Assembly (NCBI GenBank): GCA_001871445.1
Contig: MNVD01000025.1
Span: 8,808 to 72,807, forward strand
Length of the DNA stretch: 64,000 bases
Origin: Candidatus Magasanikbacteria bacterium CG1_02_41_34
GTDB taxonomy: Bacteria > Patescibacteriota > Patescibacteriia > Magasanikbacterales > UBA922
Direction of reading: 5' to 3'
The notes below the pieces were generated by a model. The model did not search any database, was not told where the DNA came from, and worked only from the letters and a program-made list of their open reading frames with translations. Position numbers and translations under genes: made by a program. Each line of letters starts with the position of its first letter. Positions within the stretch are counted from its first letter, which is position 1. Positions 40,987 through 51,035 of this stretch are shown in pieces.

Positions 40987-43284
40987 ATGAAAAAAAACTT
41001 TTTCGCTAAAATCGGTCATTTTGCCGTAGTGGGGGCACTTTTATTCAATACGTTTGGTGTGGCGTTAGTGCATGCTGAAGTATCCACAGTAGGGTTTAAA
41101 ACTGCTTCTGCTGGAGTTACTGAAGGTGATGGTACCTATACAATCCCATTTGTACTTTCTCAACCTGTGACTGCAGACGCTGGTCTGGATGTCTGTTTTG
41201 GTGCAGGTGGGACAGCCTCGACAACTGATGATTATTTGTTTGATATATCTAATGGTGGTACATACTGCCAAGTAGCCGGCCAATACACTTACACAGTTCA
41301 TCTTGTCAAAGGAGAATCTCGTGGTTCTATTGGAGTTGTGGTACAAGATGATCAGATAGTAGAAGGTGATGAGGCCTTGGTTTTAACGATGCTTGATGTT
41401 CAAGCAAATGCCACTGTAAATTCAGATCCAAGTCCCGAAGCAAGTGTCGATGCTAACAATAACACATTTACACTTACTATTCATGATAATGATATCTATG
41501 CTCCTACAGTAAGTGAAACTCACAATACTGTTATGGAAGGAGAACAAGCTAGTGAACAAACAGTGAGTGCGCCTGGTGTCGAAGTAGCGACATTAACAAA
41601 TAACAGTGACACTGATTTGGATTATATATTAGATTTTTCTGGTACTGCGACAATGTCCAATGATTATGACGTTGCTTGGTTTGAAACTCCAGAAATCTTA
41701 TCTATTATGTCGAATCAAACTAACAATTTTCTAACAATACGAAGCCATTCATCTGTGACATTGTATGTATACGCTTCAGGTGCGCAAGACGATACAGCAT
41801 ATGAAGGAACAGAGTCAGCTACGTTTAGTATAAAAAAAGCTGTTGACCCAAATGATGAAACAAATATTATTGCAGACTTTTCTAACAATCCGATAGAGTT
41901 TAGTGTCAATATATTGGATAATGATACAAATGTCGCTTTTGGCACATCCAGTTCTTTGGTACCTCCTACTTCTGGAAATGCAAATGTAGCAAAGATTGTA
42001 AATAATAGTGACCTCGACGTTGCCGTTTCATTTACACTCGAAGGAACTGCGGGACTTGGTACAGATTATGATCTGAGAAATGAAGCCCCTCTTCTTAATT
42101 TTGGAAGTGAAGCAATAAAGTGGCTTGTCCCTGCGAACAGTAGTTCTAGTCTTCCTATTACAATCAATGACAATATTGGTGTTGAAAAAAAGATTGTAGT
42201 TTCTATTACTGGTATTGAATATCAAGATGGAGAAAGCATTCTTCCATTGAATCCCGTTTCTGAGCAACTATCTCATACAGTATTTCTAAACACATCGCCA
42301 GTACTAACGGAAGCCACATTACAAAATCAAAGTATCGATCTCTATACAACAACGACAGCTACGATAAGCAATGAAATTATCAAAGCCGCTTTCAATGACC
42401 CTGATGAAAATAGGCTCATGTTTAGTGTTTCTGGAAATACAAATGAGTCAGCGGTAACAGCAAATTTTGATGATGTTTCAAATCTGACTCTAACGGGATT
42501 ACATGTTGGTACAAGTACTATCGAAGTCACTGCAGACGATCAATACAATGGAATAGTTACCACAACATTTGATGTTGTTGTTACAGATTCTACTCCTACT
42601 AACAATGGTGGTGGAACATTCCTCCCAAATACACCTCCAACGGCAGCATTTACGACTGGACAAGAAGTAACGATAGCAGTCAATACAGAAGTTACGTTTG
42701 ATGCAAGCGATAGCACAGACAAAGAAGGAAATATTCAATTTTACTTCTGGAACTTTGGAGACGAAAGTGCTGAAGAATACTACACAGCTCCAACCGTCAC
42801 TCATACGTATACAACAATCGGTACATACACACTTGCTGTGCGAGTCCGAGATTCACATGGTGCAGAAAGTACAGCAACAGTTGCAGTACATGTAGTAAAA
42901 GAAAATGGCAGTACACCAACCACAGAAACCGGAAACTCAGGAACACCTTCAACGAGCACACCAAGTACAGATAACGGAACACCTACAGACAATGGAAATA
43001 CGCCAGAAGAAACAAGAGAGACAACAGTCCCTCCAACAAGAGAAACTACAACTCCAGGTACTCCTACTGAAGCAACCCCTTCAGGAGAAGAGGTTACTGA
43101 AGAACCGACTACAGACAATACAGAGCAAAAGACAACAAATGATAATGGTGAAGAAGTTGAAACACCTACCACCGAAGAAAAACAAGGACTTCCAACGTGG
43201 ATCCGTATCTTCTTTGGCAGTGGTGCCGTGGCAGCAATCGCTGGTGCTGGTATCGCAATCAACCGAGCACGCAAAGCTCTCTAA
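40987..43284 (+). CDS. cell-surface protein with Calx-beta-like repeats, PKD domain, T/P-rich stalk and C-terminal anchor
   Basis: Signal peptide; DDQIVEGDE and TIHDND; FDASDSTD..WNFGD..HTY; C-terminal TM plus basic tail. Confidence 0.85.
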   Translation: MKKNFFAKIGHFAVVGALLFNTFGVALVHAEVSTVGFKTASAGVTEGDGTYTIPFVLSQPVTADAGLDVCFGAGGTASTTDDYLFDISNGGTYCQVAGQYTYTVHLVKGESRGSIGVVVQDDQIVEGDEALVLTMLDVQANATVNSDPSPEASVDANNNTFTLTIHDNDIYAPTVSETHNTVMEGEQASEQTVSAPGVEVATLTNNSDTDLDYILDFSGTATMSNDYDVAWFETPEILSIMSNQTNNFLTIRSHSSVTLYVYASGAQDDTAYEGTESATFSIKKAVDPNDETNIIADFSNNPIEFSVNILDNDTNVAFGTSSSLVPPTSGNANVAKIVNNSDLDVAVSFTLEGTAGLGTDYDLRNEAPLLNFGSEAIKWLVPANSSSSLPITINDNIGVEKKIVVSITGIEYQDGESILPLNPVSEQLSHTVFLNTSPVLTEATLQNQSIDLYTTTTATISNEIIKAAFNDPDENRLMFSVSGNTNESAVTANFDDVSNLTLTGLHVGTSTIEVTADDQYNGIVTTTFDVVVTDSTPTNNGGGTFLPNTPPTAAFTTGQEVTIAVNTEVTFDASDSTDKEGNIQFYFWNFGDESAEEYYTAPTVTHTYTTIGTYTLAVRVRDSHGAESTATVAVHVVKENGSTPTTETGNSGTPSTSTPSTDNGTPTDNGNTPEETRETTVPPTRETTTPGTPTEATPSGEEVTEEPTTDNTEQKTTNDNGEEVETPTTEEKQGLPTWIRIFFGSGAVAAIAGAGIAINRARKAL

Positions 43285-43832
43285 TACAAATAACGAACAC
43301 AGAAAACACTACAGAGGCATCGATAACACCAAACACCCTCCGTGATATTCTGGCATCTGGCAAAAGTCTCACCTGTACCTTTTCTCAAGATGATGGATAT
43401 GGCATACAACAAGGAACAACCTATATCGATACTGGACGAGTTCGTGGCGACATTATGGTCACAGAACAAGATGGCACGACAAAAGAATCACATGTCATCC
43501 TCAACGATGGATGGGCATACACCTGGGGCGCAGCATTTGATGCCAAAGAAGGGCTAAAAATGAAAACAGTTATAACGGCAACCTCGACAGCAGACAGTAA
43601 TAACTTTCTGGACCCAGATCAACACATTGAGTATCACTGTACACCATGGCATGCAGACAACAGCATATTTGAAACACCAAAAGATATTACATTCAAAGAA
43701 TTTTCTCTTGGAAGCCAAATGTTCCAAACCACCACTGACGCATCAAACACAGCAGTAGACTGCAGTATCTGTGACCAAGCACCTGGCCCAGATGCACAGG
43801 CGCAATGTCGTACAGCACTAGGGTGCGAATAA
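43284..43832 (+). pseudogene. secreted-type protein frame without a convincing start or signal peptide
   Basis: Protein-like frame (LRDILASGKSLTCTF...CSICDQAP...CRTALGCE) with no ATG or hydrophobic N-terminus after the upstream stop. Confidence 0.45.
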
Positions 43833-43900
43833 CATAAAAAATCCAAACAACAAATAAAAATCGCCTACCTGGCGATTTTTATCATGATATAATCGCGCAC

Positions 43901-44104
43901 TTACACGATATCATCACTATTTTTATTTTTCGAAAAATATCTCATTGCAAAAATAACACCAACAAGTACGACCGCCAAAATACCTACAGCAAGAGGATGA
44001 CCAAATATACCAAGTGCATTGTGGAGATCACTGTCCGTATGCGCAAATACAACACTAGGGAAGAAGAAAAACAAAGCTGCTGGGAAAGAATATATATAGT
44101 TCAT
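43901..44104 (-). CDS. small membrane protein
   Basis: Signal-like VFA-H followed by a TM; ATG at 44104. Confidence 0.55.
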   Translation of the reverse strand: MNYIYSFPAALFFFFPSVVFAHTDSDLHNALGIFGHPLAVGILAVVLVGVIFAMRYFSKNKNSDDIV

Positions 44105-44145
44105 ACCAACAATACAATGAATAAGCATGATATACTGTATGATAT

Positions 44146-44844
44146 ATGAATCATACAGCAATCACAAGAGCCATACACCAACAAGCAGACACTGCGCGTG
44201 CGATACATTCGATGCGTTTTTTTAAAACTGGCACAAGAGAGTATGGGGAAGGAGACATATTCCTCGGTCTGACCGTCCCTATGCAACGAACCATCGCAAA
44301 AACATTCCGAGACCTGCCGATGCCTACTATATTGAAATTGTTACACAGTACCTATCACGAATATCGCCAGATTGCACTTTTTATTTTGGTATTACAATTT
44401 GAACGAGGCGATACACGTATACAAAAACAGATCGTCGACATCTATCTTTCAAATACTGCATGCATTAATAATTGGGATCTGGTTGACCTCAGCGCTCACA
44501 AAATTCTTGGCGTGTGGCTTCGAACACGAAATAGGAAAATACTCGCTCGTTTGGCAACATCAAAAAGTTTGTGGGAGCGACGTATTGCGATTATTTCCAC
44601 TTTTGCCTTCATTGCCGAAAGACAATTTGAAGATACCATTGCGCTCAGTACCATCTTGCTTCAAGATACACATGATCTTATACACAAAGCAGTCGGATGG
44701 GCACTCAGAGAAGTAGGGAAAAAAGATATCAACGTACTAAAACATTTTTTGAATGTGCATGCAAAGACAATGCCCCGAACCATGCTCCGTTACGCTATAG
44801 AAAAATTTCCAGAATCAAAAAGAAAACAATATCTTACTATGTAA
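44146..44844 (+). CDS. DNA alkylation repair protein (AlkD-like)
   Basis: FFKTG..EYGEGD, NNWDLVD, HKAVGWALRE, RTMLRYAIE. Confidence 0.93.
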   Translation: MNHTAITRAIHQQADTARAIHSMRFFKTGTREYGEGDIFLGLTVPMQRTIAKTFRDLPMPTILKLLHSTYHEYRQIALFILVLQFERGDTRIQKQIVDIYLSNTACINNWDLVDLSAHKILGVWLRTRNRKILARLATSKSLWERRIAIISTFAFIAERQFEDTIALSTILLQDTHDLIHKAVGWALREVGKKDINVLKHFLNVHAKTMPRTMLRYAIEKFPESKRKQYLTM

Positions 44845-44853
44845 CCCTTTTAC

Positions 44854-45849
44854 ATGAACTCACGAATCATCTTCTCTATAAAACATACTGTTCTCGTTTT
44901 TTTTGGCACGTGTGTATTGGCTCTGCCTACACACGCCGCAACAATACTTTCAGTACCCTTTACCTCGCAAGCACCTGATGGCATATGGATACAACCATGG
45001 CTCGATGCTTGTGAGGAAACAAGTGTCCTTATGGTACATAGATATTACATTGGCACAGATATACAAAATAGTACCGATGCAAAAAAAGGGATTCTTGAAA
45101 TGTTTGACATGAAACATGTACTTTTTGAAGAAAGTTTGGACGAATCAATACGTACTATGACTGACGTCATTAATAATTTTCTTCCATGGAGCGCGCACGT
45201 TGTAGAATATCCTACACTCGACGCAATAAAAGCTGAAATAGACGCCGGACGCCCGGTCATTATTCCAGCATATGCTTCCGCACTTCACAATGAGTATTTT
45301 CGTGGATTTTTTCCTTATCATATGTTTGTCATTTCTGGATATGACGATAGGGATCAGACTTTCATTGCCGAAGATCCAGGGAGCCACTATGGACACGCAT
45401 ACCGCTATAAATATGATACTGTGCTGAGTGCCATGCATGATTTTCTCCCCAACAACATACAGAATGGTTCAAAACTTGCCATGTTTACTAATCCAGAACT
45501 CGGAAACACAGCAAACCTTGATGGTGACCAAGATGGTCTGACAAAAGCAGAGGAATTTTCAAATGGAACAGTCTCTTATTTGTTTGATTCTGATGGCGAT
45601 GGTTTTAGTGACGGCATAGAAGTGAAGTATGGGTATCTTCCAACAAAAAATGAACAGACTGCTGTAACACAAGGAGCTCTTCTTATCGCCCAGGGATCAC
45701 CACATGTCTATTATATGGATGCTGGGACAAAACGACATGTTTCAAATGAAACTGTTTTTTATCGTCATGACTGGAGTTGGGGTATGCTTGAATGGATCAG
45801 CGATGCCATAATGAAAACAATTCCAGAAGGAACACCATTGACTTCATAG
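44854..45849 (+). CDS. C39-like peptidase with Ca-binding DxDxDG repeats
   Basis: VPFTSQAP, ACEE, H..VISGYD, DP; DGDQDG and DSDGDG repeats. Confidence 0.85.
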   Translation: MNSRIIFSIKHTVLVFFGTCVLALPTHAATILSVPFTSQAPDGIWIQPWLDACEETSVLMVHRYYIGTDIQNSTDAKKGILEMFDMKHVLFEESLDESIRTMTDVINNFLPWSAHVVEYPTLDAIKAEIDAGRPVIIPAYASALHNEYFRGFFPYHMFVISGYDDRDQTFIAEDPGSHYGHAYRYKYDTVLSAMHDFLPNNIQNGSKLAMFTNPELGNTANLDGDQDGLTKAEEFSNGTVSYLFDSDGDGFSDGIEVKYGYLPTKNEQTAVTQGALLIAQGSPHVYYMDAGTKRHVSNETVFYRHDWSWGMLEWISDAIMKTIPEGTPLTS

Positions 45850-45891
45850 ACAATACAGCCTATGATAAGGGCCGTTTTGTCGTATGCATCT

Positions 45892-47196
45892 ATGAAAGAG
45901 CGCTATACCGTCACAATTGAAAAGCTCATCTTTGGTGGTCAAGGTTTGGCACGACTTGGTGATGTAGGGAATCCAAGATTCAATGGCAAAACAGTCTTTG
46001 TGTGGAATGCATTGCCTGGAGAAGTCTTGGAGATAGATATTGTAAAAAATAAAAAAACATATCTTGAAGCCATTGCCGTGAATATTCTCGAGCCATCACC
46101 AGAACGAATTACACCAAAAGAGGATCATTTTCTTTCTACCAGCCCTTGGCAAATTATTTCGTTTGACCGAGAACAATATTGGAAAAAAGCAATTGCCGCT
46201 GAAACATATAGTAAAATTGGAGATCTTATTCTCAACGATACATCACTTGATATTACGACAGATGGTAACACTGGTGGATATCGCAACAAAATGGAATTTA
46301 GTTTTACAGAAGAGCATGGAAAAATTCATTTGGCTTTTTTTGAACGAGGAGGAAAGGAACGTTTTGTTGTAGAACAATCTTCTCTCGCTATGCCAGTCAT
46401 CAATACGGTTTCTACACACATCCTCGATTGGATACGAGACAAACACATTCCGCTTCGCAGTTTGAAAACGTTGATCGTCCGGGCAAATACTGCTGGCGAA
46501 ACAATTGCGGCATTGTTTATCAAAGACAAATTAACTTTTGAAACATATCCCGCTCTTTTAGAAAAACAACGTGGGTTTCAACTTTATTATTCTACACATA
46601 AAAGCCCTGCTGCCGTCCCTACAAAACTTCTCTATACGGTAGGAAAAAACACATTGACACAAGATATACTCGGTACCTCACTTGCGTATGGTATATTTAG
46701 TTTTTTTCAAATCAATCCACCCATATTTGAAATGGCATTGAAAGACATGGCGGCATTTCTTGATCCAAAAAAACCACTCTTAGATTTTTATGCTGGCGTT
46801 GGAGCTATTTCGCTTCCGATAGCCATGAACCGAGAAGAAACAATACTGGTAGAAAGCAACAAAGATGCAGCGGCATTCGCACGAGAAAACATTGCCCTCA
46901 ATCATACGCCACATGCAGAAGTGTATGATATGCCAGCAGAGCATATGACAGATGTCATAGATAGCAACAAACAAATAATTCTTGATCCACCAAGAGCTGG
47001 CCTACATGTATCGGTCATCCAAAAGTTATTGTCAACAAAACCAGAACGCATTATCTATCTTTCATGCAATCTGTCTACCCAAGCACGCGATATGAAGATG
47101 CTGAGCGAACACTACAAACCAATGTTTTTCAAACTTTACAACTTCTTTCCACGTACACCACATATAGAAGGATTGGTAGTATTGGAAAAAGTATAA
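45892..47196 (+). CDS. RNA (uracil-5)-methyltransferase, RlmD/TrmA family with TRAM domain
   Basis: YRNKMEF, FFQIN, DFYAGVG, LDPPRAG, YLSCN, FPRTPHIE. Confidence 0.92.
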   Translation: MKERYTVTIEKLIFGGQGLARLGDVGNPRFNGKTVFVWNALPGEVLEIDIVKNKKTYLEAIAVNILEPSPERITPKEDHFLSTSPWQIISFDREQYWKKAIAAETYSKIGDLILNDTSLDITTDGNTGGYRNKMEFSFTEEHGKIHLAFFERGGKERFVVEQSSLAMPVINTVSTHILDWIRDKHIPLRSLKTLIVRANTAGETIAALFIKDKLTFETYPALLEKQRGFQLYYSTHKSPAAVPTKLLYTVGKNTLTQDILGTSLAYGIFSFFQINPPIFEMALKDMAAFLDPKKPLLDFYAGVGAISLPIAMNREETILVESNKDAAAFARENIALNHTPHAEVYDMPAEHMTDVIDSNKQIILDPPRAGLHVSVIQKLLSTKPERIIYLSCNLSTQARDMKMLSEHYKPMFFKLYNFFPRTPHIEGLVVLEKV

Positions 47197-47289
47197 CGAT
47201 GACATTTGCTAAAAAAACTACACCATGTGTATACTATATCTATGAAGAGGGGGCACGGTGCCACCTTTTTTTTGTCTCTAGCCAGAGGA

Positions 47290-47585
47290 GAGCCGCCATG
47301 CTTCCCGTCTCGAAGCACAGCCAGCCCCGCCGATCCCACCAGCACCTCACCGGCGGGCGCGTGAAGAACTGTCGGCTCCTCCGACCAAACAATCGCGCGG
47401 GATAGGCGCGACCCCCTCCTGCGTGCGAGATGCACTCAGATGAACGGCGCCACGCCGTGTGATGCGCGGGTGTTGAGTCGCTGAGGCGACTTCACCCATG
47501 ACAAGCGTCACGAAACCAAGGTCCGGACGGGAGCACACCGGCTCACTGTACATGAGCACTGTGTCACCCGTCCGGACCGCGGTGC
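47290..47585 (+). other. GC-rich intergenic unit: SD-led 35-aa ORF (47298-47405) followed by stacked hairpins
   Basis: AGGAGAG before the ATG; hairpins at 47468-47497 and 47520-47578. Confidence 0.45.
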
Positions 47586-47605
47586 ATTCTAAAAAAGAAT
47601 ATACA

Positions 47606-47635
47606 AAAAAACATCCCATTCAGGGATGTTTTTTT
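47606..47635. terminator. bidirectional terminator after rpsR
   Basis: aaaaaacatccc-attca-gggatgttttttt. Confidence 0.8.
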
Positions 47636-47645
47636 ATATGAATAT

Positions 47646-47894
47646 TTACTTTGCTGTAAATCCGAGGAGTCCTGCAATACGTGCCTGCTTGATTGCCTTG
47701 GCAACCTTGCGTTGATACTTTGCAGACAAACCAGTCTTTCGTCGAGGTTTGATCTTCATATTTGAAGAAAGAAATCGACGAAGTGTTTCGATATCTTTAT
47801 AATCAACGTCTTCGATATCGTGCGCCTTGAAAAAACAGTATCTTTTTTCCTGTTTCTTTGGAGTGTTATTTCGTTGTTGTTGTCTTCGTTCCAT
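47646..47894 (-). CDS. rpsR: 30S ribosomal protein S18
   Basis: DYKD..LRRFLS...KI.PRRKTG...QRKVAKAIKQAR. Confidence 0.97.
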   Translation of the reverse strand: MERRQQQRNNTPKKQEKRYCFFKAHDIEDVDYKDIETLRRFLSSNMKIKPRRKTGLSAKYQRKVAKAIKQARIAGLLGFTAK

Positions 47895-47901
47895 AAAAAG
47901 C

Positions 47902-48336
47902 TTAGAATGGGATGTCTTCTACTTTGATCTCATCGTCGCCAGTATTATCATCCATTGGAGGCATACTGTCATCGCCGCTGCCTGCTGCTGGAGCACTTCC
48001 AGTACCACGTGGGCCATCGAGCATAATCAGATTGTCAGCAACGAGCTCAGTGCGATATTTTTTTACACCATCAGCACCTACCCAGTCACGTGTCTGAATT
48101 CGTCCTTCGACGTACACACGGCGTCCTTTACTGAGGTATTGTCCTGCAATGTCTGCAAGTTTTCCCCAAAGAACACAATTGTGAAATTCAGATTGTTCCT
48201 GCTTTTGACCAGATTGATCTGACCAAACACGATTGGTTGCCACACTGAGTGTAGCGACTGTTTTTCCACTCGTGGTAGAGCGAAGTTCTGGGTCTCGGGT
48301 GAGTCGCCCGAGGATGGTTGCGCGATTGAGATCCAT
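47902..48336 (-). CDS. ssb: single-stranded DNA-binding protein
   Basis: LGRLTRDPELR, C-terminal EDIPF. Confidence 0.98.
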   Translation of the reverse strand: MDLNRATILGRLTRDPELRSTTSGKTVATLSVATNRVWSDQSGQKQEQSEFHNCVLWGKLADIAGQYLSKGRRVYVEGRIQTRDWVGADGVKKYRTELVADNLIMLDGPRGTGSAPAAGSGDDSMPPMDDNTGDDEIKVEDIPF

Positions 48337-48369
48337 AGAGACGTGGATTAAGAGAATAGTGTCTATATA

Positions 48370-48972
48370 TTACACTTGCTTGAGATCATCTTCAAGTAGC
48401 TGATCCAATTTTTTGTCGATATCTTCCATTGCGATTGGCGTAGCTTCTTCTGCTTCAGGTTCGCTTTTCTCCACAGGTACTTCTAGAGCATTGGTTGCTA
48501 TTGGTACTACTGTTTCTTCCTTTGTCTCACTTGTTGGTATGTCTCTTGGGGTCCGCTTCTTTTCGTCCACCATAGGTTCAGGACCTTTTGTTTCTCCACC
48601 AAATCGTTCAAATACGCTTGCAAGGGTCTTCATAGGACCTTCTTCTGTGCGTCCAAGTTTTTTTTGTGTCTCAGCACGCATCTTTGGATCAAATGTAGTG
48701 ATAATCGCACGCAAGATATCTCGGATCAAAGACAATTCTTGTTGCATCTGAGTAATTTTTGACCCATCTTCTGCTGTGAAATGAACAATATGGAAATATC
48801 CATATCGGATATGCTTGATTGGGTATGCGAGTCTACTTTTTCCCCTATCTTGCATGGTAATGTTTTCTCCACCGTGCTTTTCAACAATGGTTTTCACCTG
48901 CTGGACCATGTCAGAAACAATAGTTTCTTCCATAGTTCCAGGAAGTACGACTAGGAGTTCGTACTGCTTCAT
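48370..48972 (-). CDS. rpsF: 30S ribosomal protein S6 with long C-terminal extension
   Basis: MKQYEL, G..RLAYPIK...GY; rpsF-ssb-rpsR synteny. Confidence 0.93.
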   Translation of the reverse strand: MKQYELLVVLPGTMEETIVSDMVQQVKTIVEKHGGENITMQDRGKSRLAYPIKHIRYGYFHIVHFTAEDGSKITQMQQELSLIRDILRAIITTFDPKMRAETQKKLGRTEEGPMKTLASVFERFGGETKGPEPMVDEKKRTPRDIPTSETKEETVVPIATNALEVPVEKSEPEAEEATPIAMEDIDKKLDQLLEDDLKQV

Positions 48973-49204
48973 AGTATGTTATATAAGAATTTATCCCATC
49001 TCCTCCGACGTCAGGGTCGACCTCCCGACAGACAGGTGCGCTATATCATTTGTAGTAGGGTGCACTATAGCAGGACAAGGTCGTATTGTCAAGGTTTTGC
49101 CTGTACAGAGCGCTGTTCTTTCAATATAGGTCATCGACATCCTCAATCACTCGTCATATATATAGTTTATATGCTATGATACGTATATCATCTATACTAT
49201 ATAT

Positions 49205-50932
49205 ATGTTCCCAAAAAACATTATAACAACGTATCTTACGGAGGATCAAAAATTGAAGCCAGCAAAAGTAGAGGATCTTATAGCTGCATCAAAAGAGTCA
49301 GAAAAAAGACTTGAACTTTTTTTGGTAGACGAAGGAATTGTCAAAGAAAAGGATCTCTATAAGTACATGAGCAAAAAAATGGATGTTCCGCTTGTTGACC
49401 TTAGCGAGATGGAAATTCCTCGAGAAACCCTTTCTATCGTACCTCAACCTCTTGCCGAGACACACTATATTATTGCATTTGAAAAAACAAAAGATACCAT
49501 TCATCTGGCAATGCTCGATCCACTCGATATCCAGACAATTGAATTCATGCGACGAAAAACTGGACTCGTACCAGCAGTTTCACTCGCAACACCGAGTGGT
49601 ATAAAACATTCACTGCGTCTGTATCATGCAGATCTTGAAGAAGAACTCAAACAAGTTGGCGTTTCAAATAAAAAAAATTACAACCCAGAAGAATTAAAAA
49701 AAGTTGCAGCGGAATTGCCTATTATCAACATTGTAAAAAGTATTTTGGAACATGCTATTTTTCAAGACGCCAGTGATATTCATATAGAACCAACCGAAAA
49801 AGACGTCTCTGTTCGATATCGTGTCGACGGCATTCTCCATTCAGTCATGCATCTACCAAAACAAGTACAAAACGGTATCATGGCACGTATAAAAATACTT
49901 GCGAATTTGAAAATTGATGAACATATGGTACCTCAAGATGGACGATTTAAAATCGTAGTCAACGAGGAAGAACTTGCCTTTCGTGTTTCAGTTATTCCAG
50001 TGTATGATGGAGAAAAAATAGTCATGCGCGTCTTGCACGAAGGACAAAAGCCACTCACACTGGATCAGCTAGGCTTTCTTCCTGGAGCAAGAAAACTTGT
50101 AGACGCTGCTATCAAAAAACCACATGGTATGGTCCTTGTCACAGGACCAACAGGGAGTGGAAAAACAACGACACTCTATTCGTTGTTGGGTATTCTCAAT
50201 CAGCCAGGGGTAAATATCTCAACAATAGAAGATCCTATCGAGTACCATGTGGGTGGCATCAATCAAAGTCAGATCAATCCACGTGTTGGCTTTGATTTTG
50301 CTTTAGGACTTCGTGCATTTTTACGTCAAGATCCAGACATTATCATGGTGGGAGAAATCCGTGACCAAGAAACAGCCGAAATTGCTATGCACGCAGCCAT
50401 GACTGGACATCTGGTGCTCTCCACACTGCATACCAACGATGCTCCGACCACGCTGCCTCGTCTTATGGACATGGGAATTCCACCTTTTTTGATTGCATTT
50501 ACTGCAAATATTATTGTTGCCCAACGTCTTGTACGACGCCTTTGTGAACATTGTCGTACGTCATACAAACTTGATGGACCGGCTGTGAAAGAACTACAAA
50601 AATTGGTCGATGTCAAAACGATTTTATCACTCTTCCAGGCACATGATATCACACTCAAATCGGCAGAAAAAAAACTTGCCTCCATGGAATTTTTTAGATC
50701 GCCTGGCTGCCGCAAATGCGACAAGAGTGGCTACAAAGGACGTATTGGTATTTATGAAGTCCTCGAAGTGGATGATGGCATTTCAGAACTGATCAACAAT
50801 CGTGGCACTGCTCCACAAATTCATGACTACGCAGTAAAACATGGCATGGTCACCATGCTCGAAGATGGACTTGTTAAAGCTAAACAAGGCATGACAAGCA
50901 TGGAAGAAGTACTGCGCGTAACGAGAGAATAA
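49205..50932 (+). CDS. pilB: type IV pilus assembly ATPase (PilB/GspE)
   Basis: ASDIHIEP, GPTGSGKTT, LRQDPDIIMVGEIRD, TGHLVLSTLHTN, Zn cysteines. Confidence 0.93.
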   Translation: MFPKNIITTYLTEDQKLKPAKVEDLIAASKESEKRLELFLVDEGIVKEKDLYKYMSKKMDVPLVDLSEMEIPRETLSIVPQPLAETHYIIAFEKTKDTIHLAMLDPLDIQTIEFMRRKTGLVPAVSLATPSGIKHSLRLYHADLEEELKQVGVSNKKNYNPEELKKVAAELPIINIVKSILEHAIFQDASDIHIEPTEKDVSVRYRVDGILHSVMHLPKQVQNGIMARIKILANLKIDEHMVPQDGRFKIVVNEEELAFRVSVIPVYDGEKIVMRVLHEGQKPLTLDQLGFLPGARKLVDAAIKKPHGMVLVTGPTGSGKTTTLYSLLGILNQPGVNISTIEDPIEYHVGGINQSQINPRVGFDFALGLRAFLRQDPDIIMVGEIRDQETAEIAMHAAMTGHLVLSTLHTNDAPTTLPRLMDMGIPPFLIAFTANIIVAQRLVRRLCEHCRTSYKLDGPAVKELQKLVDVKTILSLFQAHDITLKSAEKKLASMEFFRSPGCRKCDKSGYKGRIGIYEVLEVDDGISELINNRGTAPQIHDYAVKHGMVTMLEDGLVKAKQGMTSMEEVLRVTRE

Positions 50933-51035
50933 TAATGATGGAAGATATTCTCTCTTGTACATCTTGAACACGTAGAACAATTACAACATTTAGAACATAC
51001 TATGATATACTACAGGCGAAAATCACGCCTGTTTT

